DNA of 50,153 nucleotides, taken from NCBI GenBank assembly GCA_964632365.1, contig CAZWDR010000003.1:1-50153 (forward strand). Direction: 5' to 3'. A program made the position numbers and the translations under genes. Below, piece after piece: positions 1 to 8,605 of this stretch. Origin of the DNA: an uncultured Steroidobacteraceae bacterium (GTDB lineage Bacteria; Pseudomonadota; Gammaproteobacteria; Steroidobacterales; Steroidobacteraceae). Under the pieces are notes generated by a model. That model had not been told where the DNA came from. It did not search any database and was given only the letters and a program-made list of their open reading frames with translations. Numbering within the stretch: position 1 is the stretch's first letter; every line of letters begins with the position of its first letter.

Positions 1-1
1 G

Positions 2-394
2 TTGCGCCTGCAGGTCGAGGAAATTCTGGTTGGACGTGAGCTGCGGATAGTTCTCGGCGACGGCGAACAGGCTGCGCAGCGCCTGCGTGAGCTCGCCCTG
101 CGCGGCCTGGAAGCGTTGCATGGCCTCCGGATCGTCGAGCAATTCGGGCGTCAGCTGGATGGAGCCGGTGCGGGCGCGTGCCTCGGTGACGCCCAGCAGC
201 ACGGTCTGCTCCTGTTCGGCGAAGGCCTTCACCGTATCGACCAGGTTGGGGATGAGATCGGCGCGCCGCTGGTACTGGCTGAGCACCTCGGACCATGCCG
301 CGGTGACGGCTTCATCCTGCTGCTGCAGGGTGTTGTAGCCGCAGCCGGAAAGCAGCAGCACCGCACCGAGCATCGCGACCTTGAGCATGCGCAT
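2..394 (-). CDS. LemA family protein (first 131 codons; 3' end runs off the left edge)
   Basis: Absent from the ORF track because there is no stop in the window. The reverse complement from the ATG at 394 reads MRMLKVAMLGAVLLLSGCGYNTLQQQDEAVTAAWSEVLSQYQRRADLIPNLVDTVKAFAEQEQ... It has a lipobox (LLSGC) and the LemA hallmark QRRADLIPNLV. GGAGG lies 6 nt upstream of the ATG. Confidence 0.8.
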   Translation of the reverse strand, partial: MRMLKVAMLGAVLLLSGCGYNTLQQQDEAVTAAWSEVLSQYQRRADLIPNLVDTVKAFAEQEQTVLLGVTEARARTGSIQLTPELLDDPEAMQRFQAAQGELTQALRSLFAVAENYPQLTSNQNFLDLQAQ

Positions 395-487
395 GAGCGG
401 CCTCCTCGTTGCCTGGATCAGCATCTGGGCCGCACGGCGGCACCAGCGGAGGATTGTGGCACGGACGGCAGCGTCCGCGCCAAGGGC

Positions 488-682
488 TCAGTGCAGCGTG
501 GCCCAGTTCAGGATGCGGATCTGCTCGGCGGGCATGTCAAGGTTGCGGGCCAGCAGCGCGCGCAGGTCCGAGACCTCGCGCTGCGGACGCAGCGGGGCAC
601 GCAGCTCGACCACGCCGCGGTACTCATCGGGCGTCGCGAGCATGCCATCAGTGACAAAGTGGGCGTAGTACTTGCGGGACAT
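488..682 (-). CDS. small hypothetical protein (64 aa)
   Basis: Internal ATG of ORF 488..745 (MSRKYYAHFVTDGMLATPDEYRGVVEL...), with GGAGA about 9 nt upstream. Divergent from greB. I recognise no family. Confidence 0.5.
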   Translation of the reverse strand: MSRKYYAHFVTDGMLATPDEYRGVVELRAPLRPQREVSDLRALLARNLDMPAEQIRILNWATLH

Positions 683-764
683 GGAAAATGATCTCCATGA
701 ACAGACTATTCGCTGCTGCGCCGCGCCCGCTGTGCGCCCGTCCACAGATCATGATGCCTGCGCC

Positions 765-1265
765 ATGAGCCGCTACCGCCCGCCTTCAAAACCGGCCTCG
801 CGCTACATCACGCCCGCCGGTCACGCGCGCATGCAGGCGGAGCTGAACCAGCTGTGGCGCGTGGAACGTCCGCAGGTCACCGAGGCGGTCAGCGCCGCCG
901 CCGCGCTCGGCGACCGCTCGGAGAACGCCGAGTACATCTATGGCAAGAAGCGCCTGCGCGAGATCGACGGCCGCGTGCGGCATCTGCGCAAGCGGCTGGA
1001 CGGCATGGTGGTGGTCGATCGCCCGCCGTCAGATCCCGCGCGCGTGTTCTTCGGCGCGTGGGTGACGCTGGAGCGCGAGGATGGCAGCGAGGTGCGCTAC
1101 CGCATCGTGGGCCCGGACGAGTTCGACATGGGCGAGGGCTACATCAGCATGGACGCGCCGCTGGCGCGGACGCTGCTGGGCAAGGGGCTGGATGCCGAAG
1201 TCGCGGTGGACGTGGCGGGTGCGCAGACCCGTTACGTGATCACCGCGATCGACTACGAAGGCTGA
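765..1265 (+). CDS. greB: transcription elongation factor GreB
   Basis: From the ATG at 765: ...MQAELNQLWRVERPQVTEAVSAAAALGDRSENAEYIYGKKRLREIDGRVRHL...VFFGAWVTLE...YRIVGPDE...ISMDAPLARTLLGK. Collinear with E. coli GreB as I recall it. The upstream part of ORF 672..1265 is not GreB-like. Confidence 0.9.
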   Translation: MSRYRPPSKPASRYITPAGHARMQAELNQLWRVERPQVTEAVSAAAALGDRSENAEYIYGKKRLREIDGRVRHLRKRLDGMVVVDRPPSDPARVFFGAWVTLEREDGSEVRYRIVGPDEFDMGEGYISMDAPLARTLLGKGLDAEVAVDVAGAQTRYVITAIDYEG

Positions 1266-1286
1266 GCTGGCCCCCGTGCGCGCCGG

Positions 1287-2711
1287 TCAGATGACGCGCA
1301 CGTTCTTGAACTGCCACGGGTCGGACAGGTCGAGGTCCTCGGCGAACAGGCGTTCGCGGTCGGCCAGCGGCGACCAGTCGGTGTAGGCGCCGGTGACGGT
1401 GCCGAGGTAGGGCCGGCACAGTTCGAGCATGCGGCGATGGTCGAGTTCGTCGGGCTCGAGCATGCCGCGGTCCGGATTCTCGATCGCCCAGATGATGCCG
1501 GCGAGCACCGACACCGTGACCTGCAGGCTGGTGGCGTTGTTGTAGGGCGCGAGGCGACGCGCCTCTTCGACCGACAGCTGCGAGCCGAACCAGTAGGCGT
1601 TCTTCTTGTGGCCGGCGAGCAGCACGCCCAGTTCGTCGATGCCGGTGGTGATCTCGTCCATCAGGATGCGCTTGCGCTCCTGCATGTTCCAGTTGCGTCC
1701 CGCCAGCTCGTGCACCGACAGCACCGCCGAATCACTCGGGTGGTACGCATAGTGCGCGGTGGGACGGTAGACCACATCGCCGTGCTCGCGCACGGTGTAG
1801 TAGTCGGCGACGGAGATCGACTCGTTGTGCGTGATCAGGAAGCCGTGGATGGGGCCGGCCTTTGGCGTCCAGGTGCGCACGCGCGTGGCCGCGCCGGGCT
1901 GGTTCAGGTAGATCGCCGCGCCGCTGCCGAAGTCATGGCGCTTCGCATCGCGCGGGAAATTGCGCTCGTGCGAGCCCCAGCCCAGTTCCGCCGGCTGGCA
2001 GCCCTCGCCGACGAAGCCATCCACCGACCAGGTGTTGACGAACTCGCCCACCTGCTTCGGACGGTCGGTGACCTGCGTGTCGCGCTCGGCGACATGGATG
2101 ACCTTCACGTTCAGCGCGCGCGCCAGCGCGGCCCATTCCTCGCGCGTGGCGGGATCGGGCTTGTCCGGCTGCACGCCGATGTCGTGCTTGAGGGTCAGCA
2201 GCGCGGCCTTGACGAAATGCGAGACCAGCCCGGGGTTGGCGCCATGCGTGATGACCGCGGTGGGGTTCTTCTCGGTGAGGTCCGACCGCAGCGCCAGCGC
2301 GTCCTCGCGCAGCGCGTAGTTGGTGCGACGCGCCGGCGGCACGGTGGGATCGGTGTAGCCACCGGCCCAGGGCTCGATGCAGGTATCGATGTACATGGCG
2401 CCGCGTTCCCAGCAGTGCTTGATCAGCGCCACGCTGGACACATCGACCGACAGGTTCACCAGGAAATCACCCCGACCGAGCAGGCCATCGAGCACGCGCC
2501 GGTAGTTCTCGCGGACCAGCGGCTCGATGATGAACCGCACGCCCAGCTGCTCGGCCTCGGCACGCCCGGCGTCATCTGCCGTGACGATGACGATGCGCGA
2601 GGCGGGGATGCGCACATGGCGCAGGATCAGGGGCAGCACGCCCTGGCCGATGCTGCCGAACCCCACCATCACCATGCGGCCAGGGAAATCCACGATGAAC
2701 TGGTCAGTCAT
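1287..2711 (-). CDS. hss: homospermidine synthase
   Basis: 474 aa, true ATG start. GFGSIGQG Rossmann motif, then NLSVDVSS, THGANPGLVSHFVK, HVAERDTQ, NTWSVDGF, ITHNESISVADY, AHYAYHP, DELGVLL, NAYWFGSQLS and a DPWQFKNV end. Collinear with bacterial homospermidine synthase. Confidence 0.85.
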   Translation of the reverse strand: MTDQFIVDFPGRMVMVGFGSIGQGVLPLILRHVRIPASRIVIVTADDAGRAEAEQLGVRFIIEPLVRENYRRVLDGLLGRGDFLVNLSVDVSSVALIKHCWERGAMYIDTCIEPWAGGYTDPTVPPARRTNYALREDALALRSDLTEKNPTAVITHGANPGLVSHFVKAALLTLKHDIGVQPDKPDPATREEWAALARALNVKVIHVAERDTQVTDRPKQVGEFVNTWSVDGFVGEGCQPAELGWGSHERNFPRDAKRHDFGSGAAIYLNQPGAATRVRTWTPKAGPIHGFLITHNESISVADYYTVREHGDVVYRPTAHYAYHPSDSAVLSVHELAGRNWNMQERKRILMDEITTGIDELGVLLAGHKKNAYWFGSQLSVEEARRLAPYNNATSLQVTVSVLAGIIWAIENPDRGMLEPDELDHRRMLELCRPYLGTVTGAYTDWSPLADRERLFAEDLDLSDPWQFKNVRVI

Positions 2712-2726
2712 TTCGTCTTTCGATCC

Positions 2727-3398
2727 TCACTGCTGGGGGAGCTTCTGCCATCCGGGCGGCAGGGTCTTCTCGAAGCCCGGCAGGGCTTCCATGCGGCGCA
2801 GCCAGCGCGCCAGCTGCGGATAGTGCACTTCGGCGGGCAGGAAACGGCTGGCCAGCTCGCGCGCACCGGGCTGCAATAAGGCACGATGAAGCACGCGGAT
2901 GCAAGGGAAAATCGCGACGTCCGCGGCCGACGGCGCATCGCCGACGATCCAGTCTCCGACCGACAGCCGCGCCTCGATGGTGCGTGCCTCGCGCGCCACC
3001 GTATGCATCGCGCGCAGCAGCGCCGTCTCGCCGAAACGCGGCGCAGGCTTCGACAGCTCGCCCACCAGGCGCATCAGGTCCGCTTCGATATAGGCCTGGA
3101 ATTCGTTGATCACGCGCATGATCACGCCCGCCTCTTCCGGCGAGTGGCCGAACAGCGGCGGGTCGGGATATTTCAGGTCGAGGTAATAGAGGACGGCCAG
3201 CGACTCGAACACCACGTAGTCGCCGTCCTTCAGCACCGGCAGGCGCCCGCGCGGGTTCATCGCCATCAGCTGCGGCGATTTGTGTTCCTGGAAGTCGGTC
3301 TGCAGCAGATGGCTCTGCCAGCGCAGGCGCTTCATTTCGAGTGCCAGCAGCACGCGCCAGCAGTGCGGACTGCCGCTGGCCCAGTAGACGTCTATCAC
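2727..3398 (-). CDS. glutathione S-transferase family protein
   Basis: This is the 3' 672 nt of the 838-aa ORF 2727..5243. It starts at the GTG at 3398 (VIDVYWASGSPHCWRVLLALEMKRL...NPRGRLPVLKDGDYVVFESLAVLYYL), a thioredoxin-like GST N-domain followed by a helical C-domain. The stop lies 15 nt upstream of the hss start. Confidence 0.8.
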   Translation of the reverse strand: MIDVYWASGSPHCWRVLLALEMKRLRWQSHLLQTDFQEHKSPQLMAMNPRGRLPVLKDGDYVVFESLAVLYYLDLKYPDPPLFGHSPEEAGVIMRVINEFQAYIEADLMRLVGELSKPAPRFGETALLRAMHTVAREARTIEARLSVGDWIVGDAPSAADVAIFPCIRVLHRALLQPGARELASRFLPAEVHYPQLARWLRRMEALPGFEKTLPPGWQKLPQQ

Positions 3399-3404
3399 GC
3401 GGCC

Positions 3405-3416
3405 GATTGTACAATC
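3405..3416. promoter_or_regulatory. perfect 12-bp AT-rich palindrome GATTGTACAATC in the GST / speA divergent intergenic region (candidate operator and -10 element)
   Basis: Read directly from the sequence. It is self-complementary and presents TACAAT on both strands. It ends 7 nt from the GST GTG start. It is an isolated AT-rich motif in very GC-rich DNA. Confidence 0.4.
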
Positions 3417-3518
3417 ACCCGATCGCCCGGGCTCGAGGCGGCGCCGGCGGATGGCCGGCGCGGCCGCCAGCTCGCATGTCGCCGGATCCGGCGCGTCCAC
3501 GTTAACGGAGACAGGCCC

Positions 3519-5456
3519 TTGAATGCGGACACGCGCAGCCCGAACGGCGGCAATGGATGGAGCGTCGAGGACGCGCTGGATCTGTACCAGATCCCGGCGT
3601 GGGGACAGGGCTACTTCGCGATCAATGCCGGCGGTCACCTGGTGGTGCGGCCCGACACCACCCCCCAGCACGAGATCGACCTGCACGAGGTGGTGCAGGG
3701 GCTGGCCGAGCGCGACCTCACTGCGCCGCTGGTGGTGCGCTTCTCCGACATCCTGAAGCACCGGCTGCAGCGGCTGCATGATGCCTTCGCGCAGGCCATC
3801 GCCGAGAACGACTACCGCAACCGCTACGCGGCGGTGTTCCCGATCAAGGTGAACCAGCAGCGCCTGGTGGTTGAAGAGGTGTATCGCTACGGCGGGCCGC
3901 ATGGCTTCGGCCTCGAGGTGGGCTCGAAGCCCGAACTGCTGGCCGTGATGGCGATGACCGAGAACTCGCCCTCGCGGCTGATCGTCTGCAACGGCTTCAA
4001 GGACGCCAGCTACATCGAGGCGGTGATCCTCGCCACGAAGCTGGGCCGCACCATCATCCCGGTGGTCGAGAACTATTCGGAGCTGGCGCTGATCCTGAAA
4101 TCCGCCGCGCAGCACAATGTGCGCCCGCGCATCGGCGTGCGCGTGAAGCTCGCCAGCGAGGGCTCCGGGCGCTGGCGCCACTCCGCCGGCGACCGCTCGA
4201 AGTTCGGGCTGTTCGTCACCGAGATCCTCGACCTGCTGCGCACGCTCGAGGAGCGCGACATGCTCGACTGCCTGCAGCTGGTGCACTGCCATCCGGGCAG
4301 CCAGCTGCAGGACATCCGCCGCGTGAAGGAGGCCATCAACGAGCTGGCGCATGTCTACGTGGAACTGGTGCGGCTCGGCGCGGGGCTGAAGTACATCGAC
4401 GTGGGCGGCGGACTCGGTGTGGACTACGACGGCAGCGGCACCAACTTCGCCTCGTCGATGAACTACACGCTGGCCGAATACGCGAATGATGTGGTCTATC
4501 GCGTCGCCAGCGTCTGCAACGCGCGCGGCGTCGCGCATCCGATGATCGTCAGCGAATCCGGCCGCGCGATCGCCGCGCACCACAGTGTGCTGATCTTCAA
4601 TGTGCTCGGCCGCTCGGCGCTCGACCGCTTCGCGGTGGCGAGGGAGGACCTCGAGCTGCCGGCCGATGCGCCGCAGCCGGTGCGCGATCTGGCCGAGGCC
4701 TACAAGGCGGTGAGCCCGCGCCGTCTCACCGAGTGCTACCACGACGCGGTGACGGCCCGCGACGAGGTGCTGCAGATGTTCAAGCTCGGGCTGCTGTCGC
4801 TGCAGCACCGGGGACTGGCCGAGCGGCTGTACTGGGCCACCTGCACGCGGGTGCGCGATGTGGCGCGGCGTCTCGACGAGATGCCGGAGGAACTGGCCGA
4901 ACTCGAGGGCATCCTGTCGGACACCTATTTCTGCAATTTCTCGGTGTTCCAGTCGCTGCCGGACAGCTGGGCCATCGACCAGCTGTTTCCCATCGTGCCG
5001 GTGCACCGGCTCGACGAGGAGCCGACGCGCAAGGCCGTGCTGGCCGACATCACCTGCGATTCCGACGGCAAGATCGACCGCTTCGTCAGCCTGCGCGACG
5101 TGAAACGCACGCTGGAGGTGCATCCGCTGCGCGAGGGCTCGGACTACTACCTCGCGGCCTTCCTGGTCGGCGCCTACCAGGAGACGCTGGGCGACCTGCA
5201 CAACCTCTTCGGTGACACCCATGTGGTGCACATCCGCCTGCACGACGAGGGCGGCTGGTGGATCGAGGAGATCGTCAAGGGTGATACCGCGAACCGGGTG
5301 CTCGAATACATGGAATATGACGTGGCCGAGCTGTATCCGGCACTGGCGCGCGACTGCGAGCGCGCGGTGCGCGACGGCCGCATGACCGTGGCCGAGAGCC
5401 AGGCGCTGAAGCGCTTCTACGAGAACGAACTGAACGGCTACGCGTACCTGGAATGA
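3519..5456 (+). CDS. speA: biosynthetic arginine decarboxylase
   Basis: In-frame TTG at 3519 with GGAG 8 nt upstream; there is no ATG or GTG nearby in frame. ...YQIPAWGQGYFAINAGGHLVV..., FPIKVNQQ (PLP lysine region), GLEVGSKPEL, LQLVHCHPGSQ, YIDVGGGLGVDYDGS, ESGRAIAAHHSVL. Collinear with E. coli SpeA. Confidence 0.9.
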   Translation: MNADTRSPNGGNGWSVEDALDLYQIPAWGQGYFAINAGGHLVVRPDTTPQHEIDLHEVVQGLAERDLTAPLVVRFSDILKHRLQRLHDAFAQAIAENDYRNRYAAVFPIKVNQQRLVVEEVYRYGGPHGFGLEVGSKPELLAVMAMTENSPSRLIVCNGFKDASYIEAVILATKLGRTIIPVVENYSELALILKSAAQHNVRPRIGVRVKLASEGSGRWRHSAGDRSKFGLFVTEILDLLRTLEERDMLDCLQLVHCHPGSQLQDIRRVKEAINELAHVYVELVRLGAGLKYIDVGGGLGVDYDGSGTNFASSMNYTLAEYANDVVYRVASVCNARGVAHPMIVSESGRAIAAHHSVLIFNVLGRSALDRFAVAREDLELPADAPQPVRDLAEAYKAVSPRRLTECYHDAVTARDEVLQMFKLGLLSLQHRGLAERLYWATCTRVRDVARRLDEMPEELAELEGILSDTYFCNFSVFQSLPDSWAIDQLFPIVPVHRLDEEPTRKAVLADITCDSDGKIDRFVSLRDVKRTLEVHPLREGSDYYLAAFLVGAYQETLGDLHNLFGDTHVVHIRLHDEGGWWIEEIVKGDTANRVLEYMEYDVAELYPALARDCERAVRDGRMTVAESQALKRFYENELNGYAYLE

Positions 5457-5559
5457 GCGGCCGCCTGCGGGGCGCGGGCGCAGTCGATCACAGCAGGCCG
5501 CGCCAGGCTCGTGCTAGTGCATCGGGCCGGGCGCGGCCACGGTGGCGGCGGCGCCCGCG

Positions 5560-7647
5560 CTACCACATGTCGCGCAGTTTGCCGGTGGCATCGATGGCGA
5601 TCGGCTCGCCGGCCTGCGTCAGGCGCGAGTCCGCGCCACGCGTCCCGGCGTAGGAACCCTGTTCGAAGCATTTCAGCAGCTTGTCGGTGACGAAGCGGCT
5701 GCGACCGCCATACACATGCGCGTCGCCGCGCGGTGACTGCTGCGTGAGCGGATAGCGCAGCGGCTGCAGCAGCTGCAGTTCATCGCGCGCGCGCGTCATC
5801 GCCACATAGAGCAGGCGCCGCTCCTCGTCGATCTGCTCCGGCTTCGCGGCAAACTCGTTCGGGAAGCTGCCGTCCACGACGTTCAGCACATACACGGTGT
5901 CCCATTCCATGCCCTTCGCGGAATGGACGGTGGACAGCACCAGGTAGTCCTCATCCTGCAGCGGCGTGCCCGACAGGTCGCCGGTCGCGCGCGGCGGATC
6001 GAGCGTCAGCTCGGTGATGAAGCGCTCGCGGCTCGCGTACTGCTGGGACAACTGCTCGAGCTGGTCCAGGTCACCGATGCGCGTATGGAAGTGCTCGAAG
6101 ATGCGTTCCAGGTGCGGCTGGTACCACTCGCGGACGAGGCGCACCTGGCCGGGCCAGGGCCGTTCCGGGTCGCCGAGCTTGTCCATCAGCGCCGCCAGCC
6201 GCCGGAACTCGCGCTCCGCCGTGGCCGGCACCTTGATGCCGCCCAGCGCGCGCACGCTGCCGCCGGCCTCGGCCAGCGCATCCAGCGTCCAGCGCGCATT
6301 GACCGGCCCCATGCCCGGCACGATCTGCACGGCGCGGAACGCAGCGAGGTCGTTGCGCGGATTGTCGGCCCAGCGCAGCACGGAGAGCATGTCCTTCACA
6401 TGCGCCCCCTCGAGGAACTTCAGGCCGCCATATTTCACGAACGGGATCTTGCGACGCGTGAGTTCCACCTCGAGCAGGTCGCTGTGGCCGCCGCTGCGGA
6501 ACAGCACGGCCTGGCGGCGCAGCGGCACCCCGGCCTCGCGCCGCTGCAGCACCTGCAGCGCCACGTATTCGGCCTGTGCGTCGAGGTCATCCACCGAGAC
6601 ATAGCGCGGCATGGAGCCGCCCGGCCGCGCCGCCAGCAGATGCTTGCGGAACTGGCGCGGCGCGTCGGCCATCAGCGCATTGGCCGCGTCGAGCACCGGC
6701 TGCGTCGAGCGGTAGTTCTGGCCCAGCGGCACGATCTCGGCCGGCGGCCGGAAGCGTTCGGGAAAGCCCAGGATGTTTTCCACCGCCGCGGCGCGGAACG
6801 AATAGATCGACTGCGCGTCATCGCCAACCACCGTGAGGCCGGCGCCATCGGGCTTCATCGCCAGGATGATGTCCGCTTGCAGGGTATTGGTGTCCTGGTA
6901 TTCATCCACCAGCACATGGTCGAAGTGTCCGCCCACATGCCGCGCCAGCGCAGGCTCGGACACGAGGATGTGCCAGTAGAGCAGCAGATCGTCATAGTCG
7001 AGCAGGCCCAGCTTCTGCTTGCGCTCCACATAGGCGCGGAACAGCCGCACCAGGTCCGGCTCATAGCCCGCGCACCAGGCGAACTGCTCGCGCAGGGTCT
7101 CGGCCAGCGCTCGTCCGGTGTTCACGCGGTGCGAATAGATCGCAAGGCAGGTGTCCTTGCGCGGGAAGCGACGGCCGGTCTCGGCCAGGCCCAGCTCGGT
7201 GCGCAACTGGTCCAGCACATCGGCCGAATCGCCGCGATCGATCACGCTGAACGAGGGATCGAGCTGCAGCTGCGGCGCATAGTGGCGCAGCAGGCGGTTG
7301 CCCAGCGAATGGAACGTGCCGGCCCAGACCAGCCGCTGCGCGATGGGGCGCGAGCGGGCGCCCAGCGTGTCGTCCAGGGCCTGCTTGAGGATCTCCACCG
7401 CGCGCCGGCGCATCTCCATCGCCGCGCGCCGCGTGAACGTGAGCAGCATGATCCGCTGCGGGTCGACGCCGTTGAGCACCAGGTGCGCGACGCGGTGGGC
7501 CAGCGTGCTGGTCTTGCCCGTGCCGGCGCCGGCGATGATCAGCAGCGGCCCGGCGCGCAGCGGGGCATCGCTCACCGGTTCGCCGTAGCCGGCCGCCTTG
7601 CGCTGCGCGTGATTCAGGGCTTCGAGATGGCCAGGCACTGCGGACAT
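5560..7647 (-). CDS. UvrD/Rep/PcrA-family ATP-dependent DNA helicase
   Basis: ATG at 7647 (MSAVPGHLEALNHAQRKAA... aligns with the UvrD N-terminus; the ORF-track start at 7680 is a GTG). Walker A AGAGTGKT, LLTFTRRAA, VLVDEYQDTN, VVGDDAQSIYSFRAA, QNYRS, STVHSAKGMEW, LLYVAMTRAR. Confidence 0.85.
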   Translation of the reverse strand: MSAVPGHLEALNHAQRKAAGYGEPVSDAPLRAGPLLIIAGAGTGKTSTLAHRVAHLVLNGVDPQRIMLLTFTRRAAMEMRRRAVEILKQALDDTLGARSRPIAQRLVWAGTFHSLGNRLLRHYAPQLQLDPSFSVIDRGDSADVLDQLRTELGLAETGRRFPRKDTCLAIYSHRVNTGRALAETLREQFAWCAGYEPDLVRLFRAYVERKQKLGLLDYDDLLLYWHILVSEPALARHVGGHFDHVLVDEYQDTNTLQADIILAMKPDGAGLTVVGDDAQSIYSFRAAAVENILGFPERFRPPAEIVPLGQNYRSTQPVLDAANALMADAPRQFRKHLLAARPGGSMPRYVSVDDLDAQAEYVALQVLQRREAGVPLRRQAVLFRSGGHSDLLEVELTRRKIPFVKYGGLKFLEGAHVKDMLSVLRWADNPRNDLAAFRAVQIVPGMGPVNARWTLDALAEAGGSVRALGGIKVPATAEREFRRLAALMDKLGDPERPWPGQVRLVREWYQPHLERIFEHFHTRIGDLDQLEQLSQQYASRERFITELTLDPPRATGDLSGTPLQDEDYLVLSTVHSAKGMEWDTVYVLNVVDGSFPNEFAAKPEQIDEERRLLYVAMTRARDELQLLQPLRYPLTQQSPRGDAHVYGGRSRFVTDKLLKCFEQGSYAGTRGADSRLTQAGEPIAIDATGKLRDMW

Positions 7648-7724
7648 AATCTGGGCAGCACTATAGCCAAAGGCGCCCACCCCCGCCCTGCTCCGCGCCG
7701 CATTGCCAGGAGACCGAAGCGTCC

Positions 7725-8243
7725 ATGAGCCAGAAAGAGACCGCCTTCACCGGGCTTGTGATTTCGGTGGACGTGCAGCAGGTGCAACTGCCGAACGGCC
7801 GCACCGCGCGATACGAGATTGTGCGCCACCCGGGCGGCGCCGCGGTGGTCGCGCTGGACGCGCAGGGCCGCGTCTGCCTGCTGCGCCAGTATCGCCCCGC
7901 TGCCGACGGCTGGGTGTGGGAGCTGCCCGCCGGCCGGCTCGAGCCCGGCGAACCACCGGCGCGCACCGCGGAGCGCGAGCTGCTCGAGGAGGCCGGCTGC
8001 ACGGCGGCGCGCTGGGATTCGCTGGGCAGCATCCTGTCCTCACCCGGCGTGTTCGCCGAGACCATCCACCTGTTCCTGGCGCAGCAGCTGACGCATGGCG
8101 CGTCCAGCCACGAGCAGCACGAGGTCATCGAGGTGCACTGGGTGCCGCTCGACGATGCACTGCGCCGGGCGACCGATGGGGAACTGCAGGATGCCAAAAC
8201 TGTGATCGGCCTCATGCGCGCAGCATCCCGTCGGCCGAAATGA
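7725..8243 (+). CDS. NUDIX hydrolase (ADP-ribose pyrophosphatase-like)
   Basis: Nudix box GRLEPGEPPARTAERELLEEAGC; AGGAG upstream of the ATG at 7725; 172 aa. Confidence 0.85.
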   Translation: MSQKETAFTGLVISVDVQQVQLPNGRTARYEIVRHPGGAAVVALDAQGRVCLLRQYRPAADGWVWELPAGRLEPGEPPARTAERELLEEAGCTAARWDSLGSILSSPGVFAETIHLFLAQQLTHGASSHEQHEVIEVHWVPLDDALRRATDGELQDAKTVIGLMRAASRRPK

Positions 8244-8250
8244 TTCAACA

Positions 8251-8276
8251 ACCAGCCTGGGCTGGTATTCTTTTTT
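8251..8276 (+). terminator. candidate Rho-independent terminator after the NUDIX gene
   Basis: Hairpin ACCAGC-ctgg-GCTGGT followed by ATTCTTTTTT, 8 nt after the TGA at 8241-8243. The stem is short (6 bp). Confidence 0.45.
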
Positions 8277-8278
8277 CC

Positions 8279-8605
8279 ATGAGTTCCGGCCGCCGCGACG
8301 ACAAGTTCTCGATGTATGTCCCGAAGGACGAATCCGGCGTCGAAGTGCCTGATTACCTTCAGATCGTCGAAAGCGACAAGGGCGGCAAGCCGAAGGAGCG
8401 CATGCAGGGAGGGGCCTACGACCCCTACCAGAAGGTGGACGCCGGCCAGCCGGGCGACACCGCGCGCATCCGCAAGCCGCGCGTCGACCTGCGCCAGCTC
8501 TCCGAGTGGATCAAGACCACCAAGCGTGTGAAGTCGCTGCGCGAGGAAGAGGCCGCCGGCGGGAAACCCGCCAGTTTCACCCTCGCGGGGCGCCTGAAGA
8601 AATAG
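8279..8605 (+). CDS. small highly charged hypothetical protein (108 aa)
   Basis: ATG at 8279 inside ORF 7703..8605 (MSSGRRDDKFSMYVPKDESGVEVPDYLQIVESDKGGKPKERMQGG...). Strong G/C bias at third codon positions supports coding. There is no SD and I recognise no family. Confidence 0.5.
   Translation: MSSGRRDDKFSMYVPKDESGVEVPDYLQIVESDKGGKPKERMQGGAYDPYQKVDAGQPGDTARIRKPRVDLRQLSEWIKTTKRVKSLREEEAAGGKPASFTLAGRLKK

Noticed and set aside
1437-2879. 480-aa plus-strand ORF.
   Set aside because: It is exactly antisense to the well-supported homospermidine synthase gene. The product is low-complexity and Arg/Ala/Gly/His-rich, which is typical of a stop-poor antisense frame in GC-rich DNA.
2727-5243. 838-aa minus-strand ORF and the 5' extension (2886-3518) of the 856-aa plus-strand ORF.
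   Set aside because: - Only the 3' 672 nt of the minus ORF is GST-like; the rest is antisense to speA.
- Conversely, the speA-like sequence begins at the TTG at 3519, and the upstream 633 nt is antisense to the GST.
- Both long ORFs are fusions of real genes with open antisense frames.
5496-5538. 9-bp GC stem (GGCCGCGCC ... GGCGCGGCC) between the convergent speA and helicase genes, considered as a bidirectional terminator.
   Set aside because: The loop is long (25 nt) and neither strand has a U-tract. In DNA this GC-rich, such complementarity is expected fairly often by chance.
5923-7728. 601-aa plus-strand ORF, plus other long shadow ORFs: 8679-10319, 10252-11538, 13845-15311, 15919-18807, 16793-18673, 22941-24203, 24146-26188, 28170-29810, 37364-38773, 39576-41252, 41853-43061, 42466-44238, 44055-45929, 46452-47582 and 48178-49437.
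   Set aside because: - Each lies antisense to, or out of frame with, a gene carrying clear family motifs.
- The products are dominated by Arg/Ala/Gly/His/Pro runs.
- Third-codon-position G/C bias favours the annotated frame.
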